The notes under the pieces were generated by a model that was given only the letters and a program-made list of their open reading frames with translations, was not told the DNA's origin and searched no databases. A DNA stretch of 64,000 nucleotides, from positions 6,488-70,487 of the forward strand of contig DASUUP010000373.1 of NCBI GenBank assembly GCA_036373995.1, in the 5' to 3' direction. How positions within the stretch are numbered: position 1 is the first letter of the stretch; the number at the start of each line of letters is the position of its first letter. The stretch is from Acidimicrobiia bacterium. GTDB lineage: Bacteria; Actinomycetota; Acidimicrobiia; Spongiisociales; ZC4RG35. A program made the translations under genes and the position numbers. Below are positions 18,259 to 27,423 of the stretch, one piece after another.

Positions 18259-19408
18259 ACAAGTCCTCGTGGCGGCCGGTGTCTGCGCCGCCTTGCTCGC
18301 GGTCGCCCTCCCGGCCACGGCCGCCGAGACTTCGAACTCCGAGATCGTGATCATCCAGGCCGACGACGTCTTTCCCGAGGACCTGTATGCCGGCGCCATT
18401 CGGGTCGTCGTCGACGGGACCCTCGATGGAGATCTCGTAGCTTTCGCCGCCGAAGAGGTCGTCATCACCGGCACGGTGACCGGCTCGGTCACGGCCGTGG
18501 CGCCGTCGGTCACGGTGGAGGGCGAGGTGGAGGGCTCGCTCAGGGTCAGTGGACGCCGTCTCGGAATCGACGGCTCCGTGGGAAGAGACGTGGTGACGGC
18601 TGCGGTCAACGTGGTGTTGGGTCGAGATTCCGACGTCGCCGGCGATGTGCTGATCTGGGGATGGGATGTGGCGGTCCTGGGCGCGGTCGGTGGCGATGTT
18701 CTCGGCACCCAGAGGAATCTCGAGTTGGCGGGCTCTGTGGCCGGGGACGTCGATGTCGTTGTGAGCCGTTTGGACGTGGTAGCCGCATTGAACGTCGGAG
18801 GCGACTTCGGCTATCGCTCCGGAAACGAGGCTGATGGGCTGGATCGCGTGACGTCACAAGGGGCCATCGTGTCCAAGGAGCCGCTGCCACCGAACATTCG
18901 TGTCCGCGCTCTCAGCCTCTTGGGGCGGTTCATGGTGATTCTCTTCTTGTCGATCGCCGCCTTGACGACTGCCTACGGCTGGCCGGGACGGACCTCGCGG
19001 GCCATCAGTGAGGTCGGTCGCGCACCGATCCGAAGATGGTTGGCTGGTGCGCCGATCGTGTTCGCCCCGCTGCTCGCCGTGGGGCTGACCGCCCTGATCG
19101 TCGGTCTGGCACCGGCGGCGGCGGCGTTCCCCCTGTTGTTGGTCCTGATCCCGCTGATCCTGGCGTTGTCCGGTCTCTCCTTCGCCCTCGCGCTGGTGGC
19201 GGGCGCACCGGTCGTCGGGTGGCTCGGCGGAGTGATCTTCAAGCGATTCGAGCTCTACGGTGCGATCCTGGCCGGCTCGATCGTGGTCGGGCTCGTCTGG
19301 TATCTGCCGTGGCTCGGCTGGCTGGTCCCGCTCCTGGTGCTGCCACTCGGGCTCGGAGCGTGGTTTGCGACATGGCGTCAGGAGGCCACAGTCTCCTTGG
19401 CGGGCTGA
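18242..19408 (+). CDS. secreted/membrane-anchored protein with bactofilin-like beta-helical repeat domain and C-terminal multi-TM region
   Basis: 388 aa; N-terminal signal peptide (MRYLSRQVLVAAGVCAALLAVALPATAAE); periodic G-x-V-x-GDV repeats across ~180 aa; C-terminal ~170 aa hydrophobic helices; overlaps nuoN 3' end by 17 nt. Confidence 0.5.
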   Translation: MRYLSRQVLVAAGVCAALLAVALPATAAETSNSEIVIIQADDVFPEDLYAGAIRVVVDGTLDGDLVAFAAEEVVITGTVTGSVTAVAPSVTVEGEVEGSLRVSGRRLGIDGSVGRDVVTAAVNVVLGRDSDVAGDVLIWGWDVAVLGAVGGDVLGTQRNLELAGSVAGDVDVVVSRLDVVAALNVGGDFGYRSGNEADGLDRVTSQGAIVSKEPLPPNIRVRALSLLGRFMVILFLSIAALTTAYGWPGRTSRAISEVGRAPIRRWLAGAPIVFAPLLAVGLTALIVGLAPAAAAFPLLLVLIPLILALSGLSFALALVAGAPVVGWLGGVIFKRFELYGAILAGSIVVGLVWYLPWLGWLVPLLVLPLGLGAWFATWRQEATVSLAG

Positions 19409-19569
19409 CGCTGCTTGGTCCGATGAAGGTGATCGTCGATGTAGGTGACGCTCACCCGTCCGCAGTCCTCGCAGACCGCCCGGCTCATCCCGGCGATCTC
19501 CAGCCGGATCTGGGTCGGGTGCGAGCACTTGTCCGCATTCCGGCGCTTCGATCGAAAACTCAAGCTCAT
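19378..19569 (-). CDS. hypothetical small protein with possible Zn-ribbon (C-x-H ... C-x2-C)
   Basis: 63-aa ORF with strong GC3 codon bias; internal ATG with GGAG 12 nt upstream would give a 36-aa product; convergent with 18242..19408 (30-nt overlap); no recognisable family from sequence alone. Confidence 0.3.
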   Translation of the reverse strand: MSLSFRSKRRNADKCSHPTQIRLEIAGMSRAVCEDCGRVSVTYIDDHLHRTKQRQPAKETVAS

Positions 19570-19985
19570 ATGGGTTAGATCGTCATCGAGGTGTGGAACT
19601 CGAGGGTCATTGCGATCTCACGCATGGTGACTAGTCATCGGGCGGTCCGGGCCGTATCAGGCGGTGTGCTTACCGAGCTGTTTGCGCTCTTCGGCGAAAA
19701 CATCCTCGACGAAGTCGACCGATACCCGACCACATCGCTGGCACACAGTTCGTCTCAAGCCTGCGATCGTCGCTGATCGGGTCTCTTCGTGTCTGCAGGG
19801 AATCCTGGTTTCACGATCTCGTGTCGCATCCATGCGCGCCCACTCCTATCACGGTGACTTCCCCTGTCCATATCGACGGTGGCCGTTTCCTTCTGTCTGG
19901 GCCAAACGGCCCAAGATCCACGCCCGGACCGGTCCACCTCCGGTGCCGGGTCGATTGCAGGCTCAGACCACTTAGTCTTTGGGGT

Positions 19986-20990
19986 GTGACAACCGCCACG
20001 GACGTCTTCGACCGGCCCCTTGGGGATCTGCGGATATCGGTGACCGACCGATGCAACTTCCGCTGCACCTACTGCATGCCCAAAGAAGTCTTCGGTCCCG
20101 GATATGAGTTTCTACCGCGGGACCAGCTCCTCACGTTCGAAGAGATCGACTCCGTCGTCCGCCACTTCGTAGCTCGCGGGGTCACCAAGGTGCGCATCAC
20201 GGGTGGGGAGCCTCTGCTTCGCAAAGGCGTAGAGGACCTCATCGGAATAATCGCCGCCGTGGACGGGGTCGAGGACCTCACCCTGACCACCAATGCCTCT
20301 CTCCTGGCGCGAAAGGCCGAGAACCTCGTCGCCAACGGGCTGAATCGAGTAACGGTCAGCCTCGACGCCATGGACGATCCGACGTTCCAGAAGATGAATG
20401 ACGTCGGCTTCCCGGTATCCACGGTCCTCGAGGCCATCGACGTAGCGGCACAGGCGGGTCTGGCTCCGATCAAAGTGAACGCCGTGATCAAGCGTGGTGT
20501 CAACGAGCACGCCGTGGTCGACATGGCCCGGCATTTCAAGGGGACCGGTCACATCGTCCGTTTCATCGAGTTCATGGATGTGGGAAACACCAACGGATGG
20601 CGGATGGACGACGTGGTGCCGGCGGTGGAGATGGTCGAGGCGATTCATTCGGCGTTCCCGGTGGAACCGGTGCCTTCGAACTATCCCGGCGAAGTCGCCA
20701 ACCGCTTTCGCTATCTCGACGGGAGTGGAGAAGTGGGCGTCATCGCCTCCGTCACCAAACCGTTCTGTGGCTCGTGCACACGAGCCCGGATCTCGGCCGA
20801 GGGCACCTTCTACACATGTCTGTTTGCCTCGGGTGGGACCAGCCTTCGCGATGTGATCCGCTCCGGCGGCGACCTCGGTGGCGTGATCGACGAGGTTTGG
20901 GCCAAGCGCGACGACCGCTACTCGGAGATTCGCTCCTCCAACACAGCCCGAATGTCTGTTCCCGTCGAGATGTCCTATATCGGGGGATGA
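19986..20990 (+). CDS. moaA: GTP 3',8-cyclase (molybdenum cofactor biosynthesis protein A)
   Basis: Radical-SAM motif ISVTDRCNFRCTYCMP, C-terminal 4Fe-4S cysteines (FCGSCTRARISAEGTFYTC); start chosen at GTG 19986 (conserved MoaA N-terminus); track ORF 19821 likely over-extended. Confidence 0.8.
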   Translation: MTTATDVFDRPLGDLRISVTDRCNFRCTYCMPKEVFGPGYEFLPRDQLLTFEEIDSVVRHFVARGVTKVRITGGEPLLRKGVEDLIGIIAAVDGVEDLTLTTNASLLARKAENLVANGLNRVTVSLDAMDDPTFQKMNDVGFPVSTVLEAIDVAAQAGLAPIKVNAVIKRGVNEHAVVDMARHFKGTGHIVRFIEFMDVGNTNGWRMDDVVPAVEMVEAIHSAFPVEPVPSNYPGEVANRFRYLDGSGEVGVIASVTKPFCGSCTRARISAEGTFYTCLFASGGTSLRDVIRSGGDLGGVIDEVWAKRDDRYSEIRSSNTARMSVPVEMSYIGG

Positions 20991-21346
20991 GCACAGCACT
21001 GGTGCTGCGGGCACTGGCCGTCTCCATCACAGTCTGGACTCTCATCGCCTGGGGTGGTCGGATCGGTCTACTCACCAGCGACGAAGGCTTCGGTGCCTGG
21101 GTTCGGATCGGGGGTTCCTTGGTGATCGGCTTGTACGCGGCGGCGACTCTGGTCATCCCGCAACTGGCTTCGACCCGCAAACCTGCGCTGCTGGCCTTCT
21201 CCGTCTTCACGGTGGTCTTGTGGGTGAGGAGCCTCGTCGTCAACTGGGCGGGTGACGGGCCGCTCCCGTTCAAACTGGTGCACACCGCGTTGGCGCTGGG
21301 GTTCTTCGCGCTCGCAGTCTGGGCGTTCTACATCGCCACCGACTGA
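20987..21346 (+). CDS. hypothetical small membrane protein (4 predicted TM helices)
   Basis: ATG 20987 overlapping moaA stop (ATGA); 119 aa hydrophobic; track ORF 20597 is an over-extension through moaA. Confidence 0.5.
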   Translation: MSTALVLRALAVSITVWTLIAWGGRIGLLTSDEGFGAWVRIGGSLVIGLYAAATLVIPQLASTRKPALLAFSVFTVVLWVRSLVVNWAGDGPLPFKLVHTALALGFFALAVWAFYIATD

Positions 21347-21357
21347 AACCATCTAGC

Positions 21358-21888
21358 TTGACCCCGATGCGGCCGGTCACCGTCCAGTTCTACAAGAACC
21401 CGGACGTCCTCCACTGGGGCTTCGAGGGTGGGTACTGGCTGGGCGAAGACGATTGGGGTGCATGGATTGGGCTCGCCGTGGGGACCAAGCGATGGAAAGG
21501 GGAGGAGACGGTGCGGCCCACCAGCGAGCCCGCCGTCTTCTGCGCGCCACGCGGTGAGTGGTGGCACCTCCATTACAACGGTGTCGGATCCCACAACTAC
21601 CTGCTCTTCGTCGACATCGTGACGCCCCCGGTCTGGGTCTCGGCGAATCGCTACGAGATGATCGATCTCGATCTGGACATCGGGATCACCGTCGAAAACG
21701 AGATCGTCATCGAGGACGAAGACGAGTTCGAGATCCACCAGGTCCAATACGGCTACACCGAGGAGATGATCCGCCGGGCGAGGTCCGAGACCGATCGAAT
21801 CGTCGCTGCGCTGGAGAACCACCAAGAGCCCTTCTTCGACGTCGCAGATCGTTGGCTCTCCCGGGTACGGGTAACTGGATCTGAATGA
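21358..21888 (+). CDS. DUF402-like protein
   Basis: 176 aa; residues ...YEMIDLDLDI...EDEDEFE.. resemble DUF402 family; TTG/ATG start ambiguity (21358 vs 21367). Confidence 0.45.
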   Translation: MTPMRPVTVQFYKNPDVLHWGFEGGYWLGEDDWGAWIGLAVGTKRWKGEETVRPTSEPAVFCAPRGEWWHLHYNGVGSHNYLLFVDIVTPPVWVSANRYEMIDLDLDIGITVENEIVIEDEDEFEIHQVQYGYTEEMIRRARSETDRIVAALENHQEPFFDVADRWLSRVRVTGSE

Positions 21889-21936
21889 CTCTGTGCGATC
21901 GTTAGCCTCGGTTGGAGGCAAGCGAAAGAGACCACG

Positions 21937-23853
21937 TTGGTCAAAGCCCCAGACAGCCCACTCCTCAGCGAAGACGATCTCTATCTCTGGAACGAAGGCA
22001 CACACAGCCGTCTCTACGAGAAGCTGGGCGCCCACCCGGTGGAGGACGGAACTCACTTCGCCGTTTGGGCGCCCAACGCCGACCGGGTCTCGGTGGTCGG
22101 TGACTGGAACGGGTGGAACCCCGAAACGGAGCCACTGCGACCAAGGGGCCTGTCGGGCATCTGGGAGGGAGTCACCCCCGGGGCGGCACCGCCTGCCGCC
22201 TACAAGTACTTCATCGTCAACGGTGACTACTCCGTGGAGAAGGCCGATCCGTTCGGCTTTCATCACGAGACCCCGCCCAACACGGCATCCAAGATCTGGA
22301 CGCTCGACTATGAGTGGGGCGACACGTCGTGGATGACAGACAGGGCCGCCCGCAACTCGCTCGACTCGCCCATCAGCGTCTACGAGGTCCATCTCGGGTC
22401 GTGGCGACGCGGCGAGGGCGGCCGCCCGCTGACCTATGTCGAGATGGCCGAACAGCTCCCGGCCTACGCCACCGACCTCGGATTCACCCACATCGAGTTG
22501 CTCCCCATCGCCGAGCATCCTTTCTACGGGTCGTGGGGCTATCAGACGACCGGCTACTTCGCCCCGACATCCCGCTACGGCACGCCACAGGACTTCATGG
22601 CCTTCGTCGACGCCTGTCACCGAGCAGGTCTCGGCGTGATACTCGACTGGGTGCCGTCCCACTTCCCCAACGACGAGCACGGTCTCGGATACTTCGACGG
22701 CACCCACCTCTATGAGCACGCCGACCCCCGCTTGGGCGCCCACCCCGACTGGGGGACATTGATCTTCAACTATGGCCGCACCGAGATTCCCTCCTTCCTG
22801 ATCAGCAACGCCCTCTTCTGGTTAGACAAGTACCACATCGACGGTCTGCGGGTCGATGCCGTGGCTTCCATGCTCTATCTCGATTACTCACGTGAGGAAG
22901 GCGAGTGGATACCCAATGAGTACGGGGGGCGGGAGAACCTGGAGGCGATCTCCTTCCTGCGCCGGCTCAACGAGACGGTCTATCTCGAATACCCCGACGT
23001 CCAGACCATCGCCGAGGAGTCCACGGCATGGCCCATGGTGTCCAGGCCCACATTTCTCGGGGGTCTCGGATTCGGGATGAAATGGGACATGGGGTGGATG
23101 CACGACACCCTCCAATACATGTCAGAAGACCCGATCCACCGGAGCTTCCACCACCACGAGCTCACATTCCGTGGCGTCTACGCATTCACCGAGAACTTCA
23201 TGCTCCCGCTGTCCCACGACGAGGTGGTACACGGCAAGGGCTCCTTGTTTGCCAAGATGCCCGGCGACGAGTGGCAGAGATTCGCCAATCTCCGCCTCCT
23301 CCTCTGTCAGATGTGGACCCAGCCGGGCAAGAAGCTGCTGTTCATGGGTGGGGAGTTGGCACAGCCCACGGAGTGGGCCCACGAAGGTCAGGTCGACTGG
23401 GTTCTCGGCGACCATGCGAACAATGGCGGCATCTCCCGTCTGGTCGGCGACCTCAACCGCCTCTACCGTGACTACCCGGCGCTGCATGAGACGGACACCA
23501 AGCCCGAGGGGTTCGAGTGGGCCGTGGTGAACGACTCCGAGAACTCGGTGCTGGCCTACTTCAGGAGGACGGGTGACGAGGTTCTCCTCGTCGTGCACAA
23601 CCTGACCCCGGTGCCCCGCCACGAATACCGGATCGGCGTCCCCGGGCCCGGCCATTGGGTGGAGATCCTGAACTCCGACGCCGAGATCTACGGTGGTTCG
23701 GGCCAGGGGAATCTCGGCGGTGCGGACACCGGTCCGCTCTCCGTACCGAATCGGGGCCGTCCCGAGTCGATAGATGTCACGCTCCCGCCGCTGGCGACGG
23801 TCGTCTTCAAGCAGGCGCCTCGCCCACGGGAAGATGGCGACGAGGAGGAATGA
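21937..23853 (+). CDS. glgB: 1,4-alpha-glucan branching enzyme GlgB (GH13_9; lacks N1 domain)
   Basis: 638 aa; CBM48 start ([21 protein letters not shown]), GH13 catalytic blocks ([11 protein letters not shown]; [14 protein letters not shown]; EESTAWP; [10 protein letters not shown]). Confidence 0.85.
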   Translation: MVKAPDSPLLSEDDLYLWNEGTHSRLYEKLGAHPVEDGTHFAVWAPNADRVSVVGDWNGWNPETEPLRPRGLSGIWEGVTPGAAPPAAYKYFIVNGDYSVEKADPFGFHHETPPNTASKIWTLDYEWGDTSWMTDRAARNSLDSPISVYEVHLGSWRRGEGGRPLTYVEMAEQLPAYATDLGFTHIELLPIAEHPFYGSWGYQTTGYFAPTSRYGTPQDFMAFVDACHRAGLGVILDWVPSHFPNDEHGLGYFDGTHLYEHADPRLGAHPDWGTLIFNYGRTEIPSFLISNALFWLDKYHIDGLRVDAVASMLYLDYSREEGEWIPNEYGGRENLEAISFLRRLNETVYLEYPDVQTIAEESTAWPMVSRPTFLGGLGFGMKWDMGWMHDTLQYMSEDPIHRSFHHHELTFRGVYAFTENFMLPLSHDEVVHGKGSLFAKMPGDEWQRFANLRLLLCQMWTQPGKKLLFMGGELAQPTEWAHEGQVDWVLGDHANNGGISRLVGDLNRLYRDYPALHETDTKPEGFEWAVVNDSENSVLAYFRRTGDEVLLVVHNLTPVPRHEYRIGVPGPGHWVEILNSDAEIYGGSGQGNLGGADTGPLSVPNRGRPESIDVTLPPLATVVFKQAPRPREDGDEEE

Positions 23854-23892
23854 CGCCTTCGAGCCTCGGCTAGCCGGGCGTTCACCGCTATT

Positions 23893-25407
23893 TTGATGCT
23901 CGCATTGAGCCAGCGCAGCTACGTCTGCATACATGGTCACTGGTATCAGCCTCCCCGGGAGAATCCCTTCACCGGCGTCGTCGGCAACCAGCCCTCGGCC
24001 GCGCCCTATGACAACTGGAACGAGCGGATCACCTCGGAGTGCTATGAGCCCAACACCAAGGCGGAGATCCTCGGGGAAGACGGCTCGGTCCGCCGTCGGG
24101 TGAACAACTACGAGTATGTCAGCTCGGATTGGGGCCCGACGCTCCTCGATTGGCTCGAGGACCATCGCAGCGAGACCTATCGGGCGATCCTCGCTGCCGA
24201 CCGGGCGTCCATGGATCGATTCGATGGTCATGGCACGGCAGTGGCCCACACCTACAACCACACGATCCTTCCGTTGTCGACCCGGCGCGACAAGCGAACT
24301 CAGATCCTGTGGGGAAAGGCCGATTTCGTGCACCGATTCGGGCGGGAGCCGGAGGGGATGTGGCTCCCGGAGACCGCGGTCGACCTGGAGAGCCTCGAGT
24401 TGATGGCTGAATCGGGCATCAAGTACACGATTCTCTCGCCGTATCAGGCCGCGGCCGTTCTCGAAGACGGAGCTTGGACCGACGTGGTCGGCGGCTCCAT
24501 CGACACGACAATGCCTTACGAGGTTCAGCTCTTCGGCGGTCGGCGCATCGCCGTGTTCTTCTACAACGGGCCGCTCTCTCAAGAGATCGCCTTCAACGGT
24601 CTGCTCGAGGACGGGGCGCTATTGGCCAAACGGCTCGTGCAAGCGCTCGGGGAGCCGGGCGACCGTCCCCGGCTCTCTCATGTGGCCACGGACGGCGAGA
24701 CCTACGGACACCATCACCGTCACGGGGAGATGGCCCTTGCCAAGGCGATCGAACAGCTCGAGAACGATCCCGACGTCGACCTGACCACATATGGCCGTTT
24801 TCTCGCCCAGCACCCACCGACCCGAATAGCCCGGGTCATACAGGGAACCTCCTGGAGCTGTGCCCACGGCGTCGACCGCTGGCGGGGAGATTGTGGATGC
24901 TCGACCGGAGAGCACCCGGACTGGAACCAGGCCTGGCGCACCCATCTGCGCGATGCCCTCGACTATGTCCGTGACGAGTTGGTCGATGTCTTCGAGTCTC
25001 GGGGTGCCACGGTTCTTCGCGACCCCTGGGACGCCCGGGATCACTACATCGAAGTCATCCTCGGTCGATCGGTTGACTCGTTCCTCGACGATCACGGCCG
25101 GCCCGGCCTCACCGCCGAGCAGCGTCAGCTGGCCATCGACCTTCTCGAGATCCAGCACCGCGTGATGTTGATGTACACCTCATGCGGGTGGTTCTTCGAC
25201 GACATCGCCGGGCTGGAAGCCGTGTTCGTCCTCCGTCAGGCAGGGAGGGTCGTCGCTTTGACCCGAAGGGCTCTCGACCAGGATCTCGAGCCGGGTTTTC
25301 TCGAAATCCTCGACGATGCGATGTCGAACGTCGACCGGCGCACCGGCCGCGACGTCTACGTGGACTCGGTGATGCCGCACATGCCGGCGGCGGACCGACG
25401 CAGGTAG
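23893..25407 (+). CDS. glycoside hydrolase family 57 protein with DUF3536-like C-terminal domain
   Basis: N-terminal GH57 signature YVCIHGHWYQPPRENP, ..HHRHGEMALA.. ; 504 aa. Confidence 0.75.
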   Translation: MMLALSQRSYVCIHGHWYQPPRENPFTGVVGNQPSAAPYDNWNERITSECYEPNTKAEILGEDGSVRRRVNNYEYVSSDWGPTLLDWLEDHRSETYRAILAADRASMDRFDGHGTAVAHTYNHTILPLSTRRDKRTQILWGKADFVHRFGREPEGMWLPETAVDLESLELMAESGIKYTILSPYQAAAVLEDGAWTDVVGGSIDTTMPYEVQLFGGRRIAVFFYNGPLSQEIAFNGLLEDGALLAKRLVQALGEPGDRPRLSHVATDGETYGHHHRHGEMALAKAIEQLENDPDVDLTTYGRFLAQHPPTRIARVIQGTSWSCAHGVDRWRGDCGCSTGEHPDWNQAWRTHLRDALDYVRDELVDVFESRGATVLRDPWDARDHYIEVILGRSVDSFLDDHGRPGLTAEQRQLAIDLLEIQHRVMLMYTSCGWFFDDIAGLEAVFVLRQAGRVVALTRRALDQDLEPGFLEILDDAMSNVDRRTGRDVYVDSVMPHMPAADRRR

Positions 25408-25440
25408 CACTGGGCCGACGCACAACTAGATTCGGCACCT

Positions 25441-27423
25441 ATGGCCGATTTGCGGGCAACCGACAAGCGAGTCGTCATCGAGTCCGTGTCCCCGGAGGTC
25501 GATGGCGGGCGATTCCCGGCGAAGTCCCCTCTCGGAGATCCAGTGGTGGTCGAGGCCGACGTCTTCGCCGACGGCCATGATGTCGTCCGTAGCGTGCTCC
25601 GCTACCAGCGCGCCGCCTCTGGTACCTGGTCGGAGACCCCAATGGAGCTTCTCGGAAACGATCGATGGCGAGCCTCGTTCACTCCGCACGAGCTGGGTCT
25701 GTGGCAGTTCGAGATCGTTGGCTGGGTGGATCACTTTGCCACCTGGCTGGACGGGCTCGAGAAGAAGGTCGACGCCGGTGTCGATGTGTCGGTCGAGCTC
25801 CAGGTCGGGGCGCGTCTCTATTCGGAGGCAGCAGACCGAGCCCGTGGAGACGACTCGAAGCGTCTCTCCGAGATCGCAGCCGAGCTCGGCGATTCAACAC
25901 CCACCAAGGACCGCATTACACGCGCCACCAGCCAGGAGAGCGTGCTCTTGGGGAATACCTATCCCGATCGGTCCCGTGCCACGAGATCACACATGAGATG
26001 GCCGGTCGTTGTCGATCGTGAGAAGGCCACGTTCTCCTCCTGGTATGAGCTCTTTCCCCGCTCCTGGTCTAAGAAGGACGGGGAGCACGGGACCTTCTCC
26101 GACGTCGAGGATCGTCTCGACTACGTGGCGGGCATGGGTTTCGACGTCCTGTATCTCCCGCCTATCCACCCAATCGGGGAAACCCATCGCAAGGGCCCGA
26201 ACAACACGCTCGAGGTGGGCGACGACGACCCCGGCGTGCCTTGGGCCATCGGATCGGCCGATGGTGGGCACACCGCCATAAACCCTGACCTCGGGAGCAT
26301 CGAAGACTTTCGCTCGCTTCGGGATGCCGCATCGGCGAGGGGAATCGAGCTGGCTCTGGACATCGCCTTCCAGTGCTCTCCCGACCACCCATGGGTCACC
26401 GAGCATCCCGAGTGGTTCAAGCATCGCCCCGACGGAACAATCCAATATGCCGAGAACCCACCGAAGAAGTATCAGGACATCTACCCGATCGACTTTGAGA
26501 CTTCCGACCCCGAGGGTCTCTGGCTCGCCCTCAAGGGGGTGTTCGACCACTGGATCGAAGAGGGGATACGCATCTTCCGCGTCGACAACCCGCACACCAA
26601 GGCATTCCCCTTCTGGGAGTGGGCCCTCCCGGCGGTCAGGTCGGAGCATCCCGATGTGATCATGCTCGCCGAGGCGTTCACCCGACCCGCTGTCATGCAC
26701 CGTCTTGCCAAGGCCGGGTTCAACCAGTCGTACACCTATTTCGCGTGGCGGAGCAGCAAGTGGGAGCTGACCCATTACATGGCGGATATCGCCGAGGTCA
26801 GCCACTATTTCCGACCGGCGTTCTGGCCCAATACCCCTGACATCCTCACCGAGGAGCTGCAAACCGGGGGCCGGGCGGCGTTCGTGTCGAGATACGTTCT
26901 CGCCGGGACCCTCAGCCCTGCCTGTGGGATCTACGGGCCTGCCTTCGAGCTGATGGAGAATCGCCCGCTTCGGCAAGGTTCGGAGGAGTACTTCGAATCG
27001 GAGAAGTATCAGATCCGGGACTGGGACCTGGATCGGCCCGACTCCCTGGCCCCCGTCATCAGGCAAGTGAACCTGGCCCGGAGGCGTCATCCGGCGCTGC
27101 AACGTCTCGGAGAGATCGTCTTCCACGACAGCGACAACGAGATGATCATCGGCTATTCGAAACGATCGGGCGACGATGTGGTCCTGGTCGTGGCCAGCCT
27201 GGACCCCCATCACGTCCAATCGGGTTGGGTCACCCTCGACCTGCGATCGCTCGGCCTGGAGTCGGGGGAGCGGTTCATGGTTCGTGACCTCCTAACGGAC
27301 CGCCGCTACCAGTGGGACGGCGCCCACAACTTCGTGCAGCTCGACCCGGGCGGGATCCCCGCCCATGTGTTCGCCGTGCAGGGCCAGGTCAAGACAGAGG
27401 AGGGTTTTGACTACTACGTCTGA
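25441..27423 (+). CDS. glgE: alpha-1,4-glucan:maltose-1-phosphate maltosyltransferase
   Basis: 660 aa; N-terminal DUF3416-like domain and GH13_3 catalytic region (FRVDNPHTKAFPFWEW; MLAEAFTRP) characteristic of GlgE. Confidence 0.85.
   Translation: MADLRATDKRVVIESVSPEVDGGRFPAKSPLGDPVVVEADVFADGHDVVRSVLRYQRAASGTWSETPMELLGNDRWRASFTPHELGLWQFEIVGWVDHFATWLDGLEKKVDAGVDVSVELQVGARLYSEAADRARGDDSKRLSEIAAELGDSTPTKDRITRATSQESVLLGNTYPDRSRATRSHMRWPVVVDREKATFSSWYELFPRSWSKKDGEHGTFSDVEDRLDYVAGMGFDVLYLPPIHPIGETHRKGPNNTLEVGDDDPGVPWAIGSADGGHTAINPDLGSIEDFRSLRDAASARGIELALDIAFQCSPDHPWVTEHPEWFKHRPDGTIQYAENPPKKYQDIYPIDFETSDPEGLWLALKGVFDHWIEEGIRIFRVDNPHTKAFPFWEWALPAVRSEHPDVIMLAEAFTRPAVMHRLAKAGFNQSYTYFAWRSSKWELTHYMADIAEVSHYFRPAFWPNTPDILTEELQTGGRAAFVSRYVLAGTLSPACGIYGPAFELMENRPLRQGSEEYFESEKYQIRDWDLDRPDSLAPVIRQVNLARRRHPALQRLGEIVFHDSDNEMIIGYSKRSGDDVVLVVASLDPHHVQSGWVTLDLRSLGLESGERFMVRDLLTDRRYQWDGAHNFVQLDPGGIPAHVFAVQGQVKTEEGFDYYV

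Noticed and set aside
19570-19985. Moco riboswitch upstream of moaA
   Set aside because: Cannot recognise the conserved Moco-RNA features by eye; left as an unexplained long leader only
20597-21346. 249-aa ORF spanning moaA 3' half
   Set aside because: First 130 codons overlap moaA in another frame and are Arg/Gly-rich; only the distal hydrophobic 119 aa (from ATG 20987, overlapping moaA stop) behave like a gene
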